Source: Promethearchaeota archaeon
Lineage (GTDB): Archaea; Asgardarchaeota; Lokiarchaeia; Sigyniarchaeales; SOKP01
Length of the DNA: 64,000 bases
Assembly: GCA_048940445.1 (NCBI GenBank)
Contig: JBHLON010000014.1
Location: 14,536 to 78,535, forward strand
Reading direction: 5' to 3'
The notes under the pieces are model-generated. The model was not told where the DNA came from, searched no databases, and was given only the letters and a program-made list of their open reading frames with translations. Below, piece by piece: positions 17,560-27,466 of this stretch. The first letter of the stretch is position 1, and every line of letters starts with the position of its first letter. Made by a program: the position numbers and the translations under genes.

Positions 17560-19434
17560 TTAATTATCCTTTGTTTTTACTAATTTAAGTTTATCCTTAT
17601 CAATATTTACATCGTGCTCTACTTCAAACTTTTCAGAATCATCTACTTCTCTCTTTATTATTATATCCCTTCGCTCCTCAGCATATTTATTCTCTTTCAA
17701 CTTAATTGCGGGAATACCAAAATAAACCCACGTAGGTTCAAGAATTTGATTCATTGTAGTACTTGAAATAGCACCTATAACAGAATCATGTCCCATGATT
17801 GTTCCTGGAGCGATAGTGGTATGTCCACCAACTAACACATAGTTATCAAAAATCACTTGCTTTATAATTAAATACTTTCCAACTACCATGGAGGACATAA
17901 TTGTGGCTCCTTGACCTATCAAATTTTTCCTTCCAAAAGTGATAAATTCACCATCACACCAAGCATCATTGAGATGGCTTGAAAAATCCATCTTCGTACC
18001 AAACCATTTAAATGCTAACGCATCTATCCAAGGGAGCGGAGAATTTCTTAAGAACCACAAAGCAACTTTCTTCAATTCTGTGCGTAACATCCAAAACTCG
18101 TAATCTGTATTACCAACCTTAGCTAAAAATGTACCCTCTTTTGGTTTATGGATTAAATTTACCAGAATCAATAATAATTTGCTAAATAATAAAGCACCAA
18201 GAATAAAAATATATAACATTGATATAATCGCTATAGGAAGGAAAAAAATTGAGCCTGGATGAAGTCCTTCCTTAGAGTATTCATACCAATATAAACATAT
18301 AAACAAACCACTCAACCAGAATATTGGTAAGTATACTGCTAAAAACTTAATATTAATTCTACTAATTGCACTACTTGTTGTAAAATCCAAAGCAAGATCT
18401 TCATGTGTTAAATTATCTACATTAACTTGCTCAAAATCGGCTATATTACTTTCTTCCACATCTTCTAAATCCTCTTCTTCATTGAAATCCTCTACTTTTG
18501 AAACTGAATTTATTATGATTTCTTTTTCCTCTTCACTTTTCTTTATAAATTCTTCTGGATTCTCATTTTTTTCTAAGTCTTCTTCAGTTAATCTTAACCA
18601 ACTCATAGTCTTTTTTCTAAAAATCTTTCTAAGAGGAATTCCGAAATAATAGTTATTATTTCCTTTAAGAACACTATGTGCACTTGTTGATGATAATGGA
18701 AGTAAATAAGCATCGCTATGAATCTCAGATCCTGGACCAATCTGGTTCATAGCAGCAAGAGTAACGTTATCTCCCACATTAATTTTGAAATAATTAATAT
18801 TACCAAATATTCCAGTCAATAAATGAGATGCTAAAGTTGAGTTAACTCCGATGTAAGCGTTTTTGCCAACATCTATAAATTTATCAGATCCTACTGACTC
18901 TTCTATTGTACTTCCCTTTCCAACCTTAGAATCAATTTGTCTAAGGAACCAATTATAAAGCCAAGGAAATGCTCCTTTATTAAAAACATTCTTACCATAT
19001 TTAAGCATAAAACTTCTTAAATGATAATAATTTGCAGTCTTACTTTTAATATTTCTGGGAATTATACCATTTTTTGATGAAGAAATTTTCTCAGTAATTG
19101 CCCAAAAAATCCTTGTAATGATTCCAATTAAGAATAATCTAACTAAATAACAGATAATTATAACCAATGGCATACATAATAAAGATATTAAAGGTTCTAA
19201 TTTAATAAATAAAAAAACAAAATTGGTTGTCTCTAAAAAATTTGGAAGTAAAACGAAAATCACATAAGAAAAGAATATGAAACCAGGAACCAACCAAGAA
19301 CCATAATAAATAATAAAAAAGATGGAAATATACCAATGAAATTGAAGGCTCACCTCTTCCTTAACTACTTCTTCTTCATTATTTTTATCTGAATCTTCAT
19401 TCTTTCTTGAATCTTCAGACATTTTCTTCATCAA
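17560..19434 (-). CDS. Membrane-bound tandem LbH protein, fused type-A and type-B units
   Basis: Two [2TM+LbH] units ending YFGIPL and YFGIPA, joined by an acidic linker. Confidence 0.8.
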   Translation of the reverse strand: MMKKMSEDSRKNEDSDKNNEEEVVKEEVSLQFHWYISIFFIIYYGSWLVPGFIFFSYVIFVLLPNFLETTNFVFLFIKLEPLISLLCMPLVIIICYLVRLFLIGIITRIFWAITEKISSSKNGIIPRNIKSKTANYYHLRSFMLKYGKNVFNKGAFPWLYNWFLRQIDSKVGKGSTIEESVGSDKFIDVGKNAYIGVNSTLASHLLTGIFGNINYFKINVGDNVTLAAMNQIGPGSEIHSDAYLLPLSSTSAHSVLKGNNNYYFGIPLRKIFRKKTMSWLRLTEEDLEKNENPEEFIKKSEEEKEIIINSVSKVEDFNEEEDLEDVEESNIADFEQVNVDNLTHEDLALDFTTSSAISRINIKFLAVYLPIFWLSGLFICLYWYEYSKEGLHPGSIFFLPIAIISMLYIFILGALLFSKLLLILVNLIHKPKEGTFLAKVGNTDYEFWMLRTELKKVALWFLRNSPLPWIDALAFKWFGTKMDFSSHLNDAWCDGEFITFGRKNLIGQGATIMSSMVVGKYLIIKQVIFDNYVLVGGHTTIAPGTIMGHDSVIGAISSTTMNQILEPTWVYFGIPAIKLKENKYAEERRDIIIKREVDDSEKFEVEHDVNIDKDKLKLVKTKDN

Positions 19435-19590
19435 ATATAGGTTTGAAAAATATAAATAAATTGGTAAGTAATTTTTACTTAAAATTACTACTCTATATTA
19501 ATTGTAGTTATTTTTTGTATCTTTTAAAGTTAAGTTATTAATATTTTCATGATTTTTTTTGACTCTTAATAAATTTTATTTACGATAATT

Positions 19591-19986
19591 ATGAAAAGCG
19601 CGAAGAAAATATGTAAAAATTGTGGAATGTGCTGTCAGAGGACAGAAATGTTGGTATCAGAACTAGATATTCAATTAATAGCACAAACTTTGAATTTGAC
19701 TAGAAATGATTTTATAATAATAAATGAATTCGATATCCCTCAATTAAAGAATAAAGATAATCACTGTGTCTTCTTAGATTATACATCTAAGTTTTGTACT
19801 ATATATAAAATTAGACCAAAAGGCTGTAGATTTTATCCATTAGTTTATGATAAAGATAAGAGCAAATGTATTTATGATTCAGATTGCCCAAGAGTTAAGA
19901 ATTTTTATTTAGAGAAAGTTGATTTTCAGGAAGTATGTAATAATCTTAAAAATTTTATCAAATCTGAATTAAAAATCAAATTATAA
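19591..19986 (+). CDS. YkgJ-family (CxxCxxCC) cysteine-cluster protein
   Basis: CKNCGMCC, CVFL, CTIY..RP..CRFYP. Confidence 0.85.
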   Translation: MKSAKKICKNCGMCCQRTEMLVSELDIQLIAQTLNLTRNDFIIINEFDIPQLKNKDNHCVFLDYTSKFCTIYKIRPKGCRFYPLVYDKDKSKCIYDSDCPRVKNFYLEKVDFQEVCNNLKNFIKSELKIKL

Positions 19987-20983
19987 AAACTGTTTTAATG
20001 TGATCTCTACTTCTTTGATACGAATTAAATGCTTCAGAAAATTTTTCTAATGGAAATTCTTTTGAAATTAGTTCATTAACCTTAATTTTTCCTGACTTTA
20101 ATCCTTCTATTGCTTTATCAAATGGACCACATCGACTAGTATATAGGGTGAGCTCTCGTACAACCATATCCGTTAAATTCAGTTTTGTTCCTAATCCATG
20201 TGTACTTTTTACATGTATTTTTCCACGAGTTCTACAAGATGCAATAACATTTGAAATTGCATTTGGATTACCAGTGGCATCTAGAGTTATATCAGCTCCT
20301 AAATCGTCTGTAAACTTTTTGATTTGATTTGGGATATCATTATTTTTTAAACGGTTTATCAGAAATTTAGCCCCGAACTTTTTTGCTAATTCGAGTTTCT
20401 TATTAGACCCATCTATTGCAATTACCTCAAGACCATTCAAAATTGCAACCTGAATAATTAACAAACCCAATTTCCCAGCCCCGAAAATGGCAATAGTTTT
20501 ATCATCATCACCTATAGGCATTGTCTCAAAAGTCTGGTAAGCTGCAGCTAAAGGTTCTATGAATGATGCTTCTTTAAAAGAAATATCCGCTGGGATTTCA
20601 TGTAATAAATAAGAATCAACTGCAATATAATTTGCAAATGCGCCATCTATATCAATTCCTATAGCTTTTCGAGATATGCATTGAGTGAATAGATTTTGTT
20701 GACAAAAATAACAATTAAAGTCAATATTAGCATTGATTTCAGAAGTAACACGTTTCCCCAACCATTTTCGATTTACCTTTTTACCTAATTCTATAACTAC
20801 GCCCGCAAATTCATGTCCTAAAACAATTGGTATAGGTGTAGTTAAATCTCCTCTTAAAATTGCTAAATCTGTTCCGCATATTCCTGCAGTTTTTATCTCT
20901 ATTAAAGCTTGATTATCATCAATTTTCGGCGTTTCAATATCTTTTATTATCAACTCTTTTCCATCAAATAATACGGCTTTCAT
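19976..20983 (-). CDS. Zn-dependent medium-chain alcohol dehydrogenase
   Basis: GICGTD, LGHEF, GAGKLG. Confidence 0.9.
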   Translation of the reverse strand: MKAVLFDGKELIIKDIETPKIDDNQALIEIKTAGICGTDLAILRGDLTTPIPIVLGHEFAGVVIELGKKVNRKWLGKRVTSEINANIDFNCYFCQQNLFTQCISRKAIGIDIDGAFANYIAVDSYLLHEIPADISFKEASFIEPLAAAYQTFETMPIGDDDKTIAIFGAGKLGLLIIQVAILNGLEVIAIDGSNKKLELAKKFGAKFLINRLKNNDIPNQIKKFTDDLGADITLDATGNPNAISNVIASCRTRGKIHVKSTHGLGTKLNLTDMVVRELTLYTSRCGPFDKAIEGLKSGKIKVNELISKEFPLEKFSEAFNSYQRSRDHIKTVFII

Positions 20984-21145
20984 AATTTATTGAGTAGTTT
21001 TAATATTATAAATATAAAATGATAAATTCTCAAATTAATGTTAAGTTTTGAATAATGCTTATTTATGTATAATAAAGATTATGTACTTTAATTGGCCTTA
21101 TTTTGGTGTATTAGAATTCTAATAAAAATTTTAAATTGTGATTAT

Positions 21146-21682
21146 ATGCAAAAATCAATATTGATATGGGAAATCATTGGTATGGTCTTTATTACTTTAT
21201 TAGGATCTTTGATGCATTTTGCATTTGAATTATCAGGCTATTTTCTACCAGTTGGAGCAGTTGCTGCGGTAAATGAGAGTGTATGGGAACATTTGAAGCT
21301 AGGATTTTGGCCATTAATTTTATTTGCATTAATTGAGTATGGTTTCATTAGAAAGAAGACAGAGAATTTTGTAATTGCTAAGGGAGTTGCTGCTTTCGTT
21401 ATACCGATTGTTATTGTTGTGTTCTTTTATAGCTACACGGCTATTCTAGGTACTGACTCTCTATTCTTGGACATATTTAGCTTTATCTTGGCTATAGTAA
21501 TTGCTCAGTTAATTAGTTATAAAGTTTTAACTTTACCCAAAATCTCAAAAATTTATGCGATTATTTCTTTAATGTTAGTCATTACACTTGGAATCTTATT
21601 TGTCGTATTTACTTACTATCCGCCTCACTTTTTTCTTTTTGAGGATCCAATAACAAGTTCCTATGGAATTGTAATTCACTAA
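21146..21682 (+). CDS. Conserved membrane protein (DUF6512-like)
   Basis: LG.L.HF.FE.SG, VNESVWEHLKL, FTYYPP; ATG 21146 preferred over TTG 21092. Confidence 0.65.
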   Translation: MQKSILIWEIIGMVFITLLGSLMHFAFELSGYFLPVGAVAAVNESVWEHLKLGFWPLILFALIEYGFIRKKTENFVIAKGVAAFVIPIVIVVFFYSYTAILGTDSLFLDIFSFILAIVIAQLISYKVLTLPKISKIYAIISLMLVITLGILFVVFTYYPPHFFLFEDPITSSYGIVIH

Positions 21683-21765
21683 TAGTGAAATCTAAATTCA
21701 AATCAATTTACTTTTTTAATTCTTTTTCATATATAATTATCTGAACTATTCTTAATTTTAGTATA

Positions 21766-23400
21766 ATGCCCCAATTTGACTTTGATATAGAGATTCAAAA
21801 GTATTTTAATAATTTTTATGCAGATATAGACCGTGTCAATTGGGAAAAATGGTTGGACATATCAAGTAGTGAAGAATATCTAGAGCTAGCGCTAAAGTTA
21901 TCAGGCTTGTCTTCTATTGATGGTCTTTTTGATAGGCTTAACACTGAAACAACCGAGTCAAAAAAGATTTCTTTGAATTTAAGTGCCTTCCTCAGTAGCT
22001 ATGGTAATTCTAGCATTCCAATATTATGTCATACTTCTGGAACGACTAATAATAAAATTTCAGCATTAAAATGGTTTCATATGTCTAAAGCTATAGTTAA
22101 GAGAAATTGGGCTCCTGGTATGCAAGCTATTTTTGAATCAAGTGGCTTAAACAGAAATTCATCAGCTGTAATATTCGTTCCCTCAAGGATTAAATTTGAT
22201 GGCCTTAAAACTTTTGAAGGTCAAAGATACATTTCATTATATTCATCTGAGTTTTCCCAGAGAGTAATGCTTTCAATAATTAAACCAAAAGCATTTTCTT
22301 TTTATGAGTATAAGAATTCAAAGAATCTGGACGTCATAGCCAAGATTTTAAGTTTAGAAGGAATAGCTGTTATTTCTGCTCCAGCATTAACTATCTTGGG
22401 ATGGGCAGATTTAGAAAAATTACAAACAGGTATAAAAAATTCGTTAGAAAACTTACCAAAAGAAAAAAATTCAATTCTTGAAAAATTTTTATCTATTATC
22501 GAAAGGAAAGGCATAGAAAAAGCTTCTGAGATTATACAAAATAAACTCTCCGAAAAATTATCTGAAGCAACCCTTATATTTAGTATAAGTTCTCTTTCTG
22601 AACAGAATTGGTCTTTGATACGTAAATTTATGAAATGGAAAAAGGGGAATGAGCGATTTACGAATCTTTATGTAGCATCAGAAATTGGTCCATTTGCAGC
22701 TAGTATTTCAAAAGGAGATTTTAAACTTTCGCATTTAAACAGAATGTATGTTTTTCCTCTTACTATACCTATATTAGAATATAAAAACAAGAGAAGATTA
22801 ATCTCTGAAGTGTCAAATCAAATAGGTAAACTTTTTATTTCAAGAATGGGTAATAAAAAAGCCTTAATTAATATCAATGTAGGAGATATAATAACTGCTA
22901 TGAATTCAGAAGGGTTGCCTCAGATAGATGGGAAAATTATTAGATCAAGCTTTCAATTAAATTATAAGTTAAAGTTATCTAAAAAAGTTGAAGTTCCTTA
23001 TAAGCATGAGATTTTAGCCGGGGATTATTTTTCCTTAAATGAATTAATCATCAACCAACCTAGAAATTTAGTAAATTGTCTGAAACTTAACTGTAACTTG
23101 CAAACTGATGCCTTATTGCTTATAAAAAGAGAAAGCAATTCTTGGGAATTGGTTCTCCCTTTAGATTTGAAATCAAGCTGTGTAAATGCAACAGAAGTAT
23201 TAGAGACTATATTGAAATGCCCAACTCAAGCAGATCTTTATCAGGCAATTAGAAATAAGTCAATTAATTTAAAATTTATAGAAGATTTACCTGTTGATTT
23301 TCTAGCAACCCGAGAAGCTATATTAAAAAAAGTAAGAGAGGGGCAAATACCTAAAGGTATTTTAAAGAAGTGGCCTTTATATGTGATTTCACCTTGTTAA
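21766..23400 (+). CDS. Adenylate-forming enzyme of the ANL superfamily (GH3/PaaK/LuxE-like)
   Basis: P-loop HTSGTT..K, Y.ASE.G (NLYVASEIGP), VGDII, downstream DGK..R. Confidence 0.65.
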   Translation: MPQFDFDIEIQKYFNNFYADIDRVNWEKWLDISSSEEYLELALKLSGLSSIDGLFDRLNTETTESKKISLNLSAFLSSYGNSSIPILCHTSGTTNNKISALKWFHMSKAIVKRNWAPGMQAIFESSGLNRNSSAVIFVPSRIKFDGLKTFEGQRYISLYSSEFSQRVMLSIIKPKAFSFYEYKNSKNLDVIAKILSLEGIAVISAPALTILGWADLEKLQTGIKNSLENLPKEKNSILEKFLSIIERKGIEKASEIIQNKLSEKLSEATLIFSISSLSEQNWSLIRKFMKWKKGNERFTNLYVASEIGPFAASISKGDFKLSHLNRMYVFPLTIPILEYKNKRRLISEVSNQIGKLFISRMGNKKALININVGDIITAMNSEGLPQIDGKIIRSSFQLNYKLKLSKKVEVPYKHEILAGDYFSLNELIINQPRNLVNCLKLNCNLQTDALLLIKRESNSWELVLPLDLKSSCVNATEVLETILKCPTQADLYQAIRNKSINLKFIEDLPVDFLATREAILKKVREGQIPKGILKKWPLYVISPC

Positions 23401-23486
23401 ACAAAAATAAAACTAATAAGTTATAAAAAGACACTATAAATTCCTTATTGATTTTAATTATACATAACAATAAATTGGTTTTTAAA

Positions 23487-23960
23487 ATGAAAGATAAATT
23501 CAATTTCGTTGGTACAAAGATTAATGAATTCGAATTATCAAATTCTCGAGGAGAAAACAAAAATATACGAGATTTACAAGGACAGAATGTGGTACTTGTA
23601 TTATTTAGAAGTAAAAATTGACCTTATTCTAAAGCTCATGCCCAGAAACTTAGTAAAGACTATGAAAAGTTCAAAGATTTTAATGCAGTACTTTTTACTA
23701 TTTTACCCGATGATTTTAAGAGCGCAAAGATATTCGAAGAAAATTTCGCGAAAAATGCATTTCCAATATTCTATGATAATAAAAAGAAGGTAAATAAAAT
23801 GTTAAAACAAGAAGTTAAACCTTTAAAACTGGGACGGATGCCAGCCCTTCTTATTATAGATAAAGAAGGAATTATTAGATATGCATACTATAGTGATTCT
23901 ATGTCCGATATCCCCGAGAATGAAGTTGTATTTGAAGTACTTAAAAATCTTAATAAATAA
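23487..23960 (+). CDS. Peroxiredoxin-like (AhpC/TSA, thioredoxin fold) selenoprotein, Sec at codon 45
   Basis: 157-codon frame with one in-frame TGA (23619-23621) in VVLVLFRSKN-U-PYS; continues to FPIFYD...RMPALLIIDKEGIIRYAY. Confidence 0.85.
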
Positions 23961-24104
23961 TATGATTTGGTATGAATAAAATATAAAAAATTGTTGAATT
24001 TTATTCTTAGAAGTTAGCCATACTTTACCAAATCAAAATCCTTTTACTAAATAACTGCATTTTGAAATTTGTTCACCAAGAATTATTATAAATTTGAAAT
24101 AGTC

Positions 24105-24500
24105 TTACTTCTCGACCTTCCATCTTTTAACTTTTTTGACAGGATTCGGTAATCGACTTTTTAACCACTTTGTAGCATCATCGGGAGTAAAACTCTTAGA
24201 TTTTGATTCAATTAACCAAGATAAAAATTCATCAGGACCTCCATTCATATATGGAGGTGGAGAAACAGGCATGAAAACAGTGGGTAATGTTTCCTCTAAT
24301 GATAAACAATTTAGTACATGTCCCAACTCTTGGACAACATTCCAAGCTAATGGATGTTCTATATCTATTCTAAATTTTACCCACCACAAACCATTTTCAA
24401 TACCATTACTTATTGATCCAGTTATTGAAGGAACTTCCTTAAGAAAGTGAAGTAAATTATCAAAAGATTGATTAATCATAATAAATCTAAGAATTACCAT
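24105..24500 (-). CDS. Conserved hypothetical protein
   Basis: Protein-like ORF (WWVKF.IDI.HPLAWNVVQELGHVLN, SPPPY.NGGP..FLSW), 3 bp after the LbH operon. Confidence 0.7.
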   Translation of the reverse strand: MVILRFIMINQSFDNLLHFLKEVPSITGSISNGIENGLWWVKFRIDIEHPLAWNVVQELGHVLNCLSLEETLPTVFMPVSPPPYMNGGPDEFLSWLIESKSKSFTPDDATKWLKSRLPNPVKKVKRWKVEK

Positions 24501-24503
24501 ATC

Positions 24504-25376
24504 TTATATATTTTTTAGGTGTTTAGAAATAGTTTTATCTTTTCTCCTGGTATAAAGCTCATCATATTTTCTTCCCAATTCTCCCATCTTTTCAATATCA
24601 TGCTTTTGGTTTGCGATTATCTCTTCTAATCCATCTTCAAAGAACAAATCTTTTTTATATTTTCTCGCAGGCGCACCAAGATATATCCAACCTTCTTCTA
24701 ATTCTTGCCCAACTGTTGTAAGAGAACTAGCAGCTAATACAGCATTCTTATGAATATGGGTTCCTGGCATAACAACGGAATGGACTCCAATCCTAACATT
24801 ATCTTCAATTATAGTCTTTCTAATAATCAATAAGTTTCCAATTATAATTGACGATTGAATAATACTAGCTTGACCACAGACTACGTTTTTTCCAAATTCT
24901 ATAAATTCTGTATCACACCATGCTTCAAAAAGGGAATTCGAAAACTTAGTTTTAACTGAAAAAAGCTTAAAACAGAGATTATCTAAGAAGGGAAGGGGAA
25001 ATTTATGGGCTACCCAGATTGGCCATCTCTTAATAGTATTTCGAACACTCCAATAGCGATAATCTCGATCTTTTATCTCTCTCAGAAATGTACCTTCCCG
25101 AGGCTTATGCAGAAGATTAGCGCAAATAAGCAAAAATTTAGCAATTAAGAGTGACGAAAAAGCTAAAGAGACATATATAACAAAAATTAAAAGTGGAAGA
25201 AAGATAAGAAAGTGTACAAAATGATAATAATATAAAAAGTTCCAATACCACCAAAATTCAAACTGAATCACAAAAAAACTAAACCAAATTTCAAAAATGT
25301 ATAGGATTAAGTATTTTTTCTTAACCAATACAAGACTTGTATGAGGTCCTACCCGAAAATTTGCTGGTACAGACAT
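24504..25376 (-). CDS. Membrane LbH protein, type-C unit (paralog of 16593..17543)
   Basis: MSVP...RVGP start, HKPREGTFLR, FSNSLFE.W.DTEFIEFGKN. Confidence 0.8.
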   Translation of the reverse strand: MSVPANFRVGPHTSLVLVKKKYLILYIFEIWFSFFVIQFEFWWYWNFLYYYHFVHFLIFLPLLIFVIYVSLAFSSLLIAKFLLICANLLHKPREGTFLREIKDRDYRYWSVRNTIKRWPIWVAHKFPLPFLDNLCFKLFSVKTKFSNSLFEAWCDTEFIEFGKNVVCGQASIIQSSIIIGNLLIIRKTIIEDNVRIGVHSVVMPGTHIHKNAVLAASSLTTVGQELEEGWIYLGAPARKYKKDLFFEDGLEEIIANQKHDIEKMGELGRKYDELYTRRKDKTISKHLKNI

Positions 25377-26332
25377 TATTTTTCCTTATCGTGATTATAA
25401 TTATTATTTAATAAATCTTTTTTATCAGCATCTATATTCACTTCATGATCGACTTCGTAACGGGTTTCTTCTTCAACATCCTTTTTAAAGATTATATCAC
25501 GTCTTTGCTGGGCATACTTGTTTGGTTTAAATTTCATTGCTGGCAAACCAAGATAGATCCAACCAGGTTCTAAAAATTGGTTATAATTTATGTTAGAAAA
25601 AGCACTGCTTACAGATTCTTCTCCTAAAATAGCTCCAGGAGAAACATTAGAAACGCCTCCAACTACAATGTAATCCTCAAAAATTACCTTCTTTATAATT
25701 AGATACTTACCTACTACCATAGAACTCATAATTACAGCGCCTTGACCAATCGTTATCCTTCTCCCAAATTTTATAAAATCTGTGTCTACCCATGCATCTT
25801 GTAGGTGACTGGAAAAGTCTATGCGGACACCAAACCATCTAAAGCCCCACATCACTATCCAAGGCAAAGGATTATTAGTCATCAACCATAAGGCTAACTT
25901 TTTCAATTCGATCCGCAAACGCCAAAATTCAAAATCAGTATTCCCAGATTCTGCTCTAAATACACCCTCTTTCGGTTTATGTATCATATTAACGATTAAT
26001 AGAACTGCTTTTGAAAAGATTGCTATGCCAAAAATGAAAATAAAATATAATATGAAAAGCCAAAATGGTAAAAGCAACATAGTGATGATCCAATTGTTTA
26101 TGTATCGAGAAATATCAAAAAACACGGTAATTGCCATATAGCCACTGATCCAAAGAATTGGAATGTATAAGATAAGGAATTTAAGACTAATTCTACTTAT
26201 TGCGCTACTTGTAATAAAATCGATCGTATAATCTACTTTATCATTTGCTAGTGAGTTAGATTCATTCATATAGCTAATTTTACTCCTCTTTTTTTTCCTC
26301 TTTATTACTTTTGAGCGATTCTGCTCTCTCAA
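25376..26332 (-). CDS. Membrane LbH protein, type-B unit (start may be ATG 26269, or fused to the upstream gene)
   Basis: DFITSSAISRI, HKPKEG.F, GQGAVIMSSMVVGKYLII. Confidence 0.8.
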   Translation of the reverse strand: MREQNRSKVIKRKKKRSKISYMNESNSLANDKVDYTIDFITSSAISRISLKFLILYIPILWISGYMAITVFFDISRYINNWIITMLLLPFWLFILYFIFIFGIAIFSKAVLLIVNMIHKPKEGVFRAESGNTDFEFWRLRIELKKLALWLMTNNPLPWIVMWGFRWFGVRIDFSSHLQDAWVDTDFIKFGRRITIGQGAVIMSSMVVGKYLIIKKVIFEDYIVVGGVSNVSPGAILGEESVSSAFSNINYNQFLEPGWIYLGLPAMKFKPNKYAQQRRDIIFKKDVEEETRYEVDHEVNIDADKKDLLNNNYNHDKEK

Positions 26333-27161
26333 AATCCGTTTCAGAGATATCTAAATAATCTATTACTTTTTTCTTAAAAATACGACGCAAAGGAGCTCCA
26401 AAATAGTAATTATCACCTTTTAAAATATTAAATTTTGTGGCACCACTCATAGGTAACAGCCACGAATTATCATTTACCTCAGAACCAGGTCCTATACAAT
26501 TGAATGCACCCGCAGTTACATTATTACCAATTTTTACTCTGAAAAAAGAAATATTTCCAAAGATACCTTCTACGGCATGTGAACTTATCGCACCTCCAAC
26601 CCCAAAGTAACAATTTTTACCAATAGTTACAAACCTATCAGCGCCTACATTCTCTTCGAGAGTGGTTCCTTTTCCTATAATATTGGTTCCAATAAAATTA
26701 TAAAGCCAAGTGATTAGCCAAGGAAAGGGTCCTCTTACTATGGAATTTTTTGGATATTTTATGACAAAACTTCGGATGTGATAATAATTTACTGTTTTAC
26801 TGGGAATGTTTCTAGGGATAATTCCATCCTTTGAAGGAGAATTTTTCTCAGTTATCCTCCAAATGCCTCGCGTAATTAAAGCCATAAAAAACACATGAAC
26901 TAAATAACATAATATGATTATCAAGGGCATAAAAATTGAAGCTAAGAGCGGTTCAAATCGGGTAAAGAGTAAAAAGAAATTTGGTTCTTGCAAGAAATAT
27001 GGTAAATAAAATAACATGATGTATAACATAAAAATAATTGCTGGAATAAGGAATGACCCAAAATAAATTATGAAAAATAACGTCATATACCAATGAAATT
27101 GTAAATTAATTTCTTCTTTGACAATTCCTTTCGTAGATTCGTTTTGTTCGGTACTTTCCAT
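26280..27161 (-). CDS. Membrane LbH protein, type-A unit
   Basis: GIIPRNI.SKT.NYYH.RSF, SSHAVEGIFGNI, YFGAPL. Confidence 0.8.
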   Translation of the reverse strand: MESTEQNESTKGIVKEEINLQFHWYMTLFFIIYFGSFLIPAIIFMLYIMLFYLPYFLQEPNFFLLFTRFEPLLASIFMPLIIILCYLVHVFFMALITRGIWRITEKNSPSKDGIIPRNIPSKTVNYYHIRSFVIKYPKNSIVRGPFPWLITWLYNFIGTNIIGKGTTLEENVGADRFVTIGKNCYFGVGGAISSHAVEGIFGNISFFRVKIGNNVTAGAFNCIGPGSEVNDNSWLLPMSGATKFNILKGDNYYFGAPLRRIFKKKVIDYLDISETDFERAESLKSNKEEKKEE

Positions 27162-27466
27162 CTCTTAACTCATGTAAATTTTTTTAAAAGTCATCTTAGA
27201 AATAAATATATGAATCTTATTATGAGCTCTTTGACTATTTATTACGATTTAATTTAAAAATTTCTACACTTTTGCTTTTAGGAATAATATATTAAAAAAA
27301 AATAAAAGTCTTGAGATTATAGATTATTAATTTAAAAAGTTAAGTTCGGTTCTAAGAAAATCCTTATAAGCAAGAGTCGCTCAAATATTTACATATAAAG
27401 AAAACAATGCGGTTTCCATTTTTTTTAATATAATATATAAGATTAAAGATAAAAGAAGAAATAAAA

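Noticed and set aside
21146-21682. GTDSL as a phosphopantetheine carrier motif for the Pls-like system
   Set aside because: It lies in a loop between TM helices of a polytopic membrane protein, not in a four-helix carrier domain
23509-23793. 94-aa + ORF (and 23351..23560 -) in the track
   Set aside because: Out-of-frame shadows of the UGA-containing peroxiredoxin-like gene at 23487..23960
24070-24110. Hairpin tttgaaatttgt...ataaatttgaaa as the SECIS
   Set aside because: The register does not give the tandem G.A/A.G quartet; more likely a terminator between convergent genes
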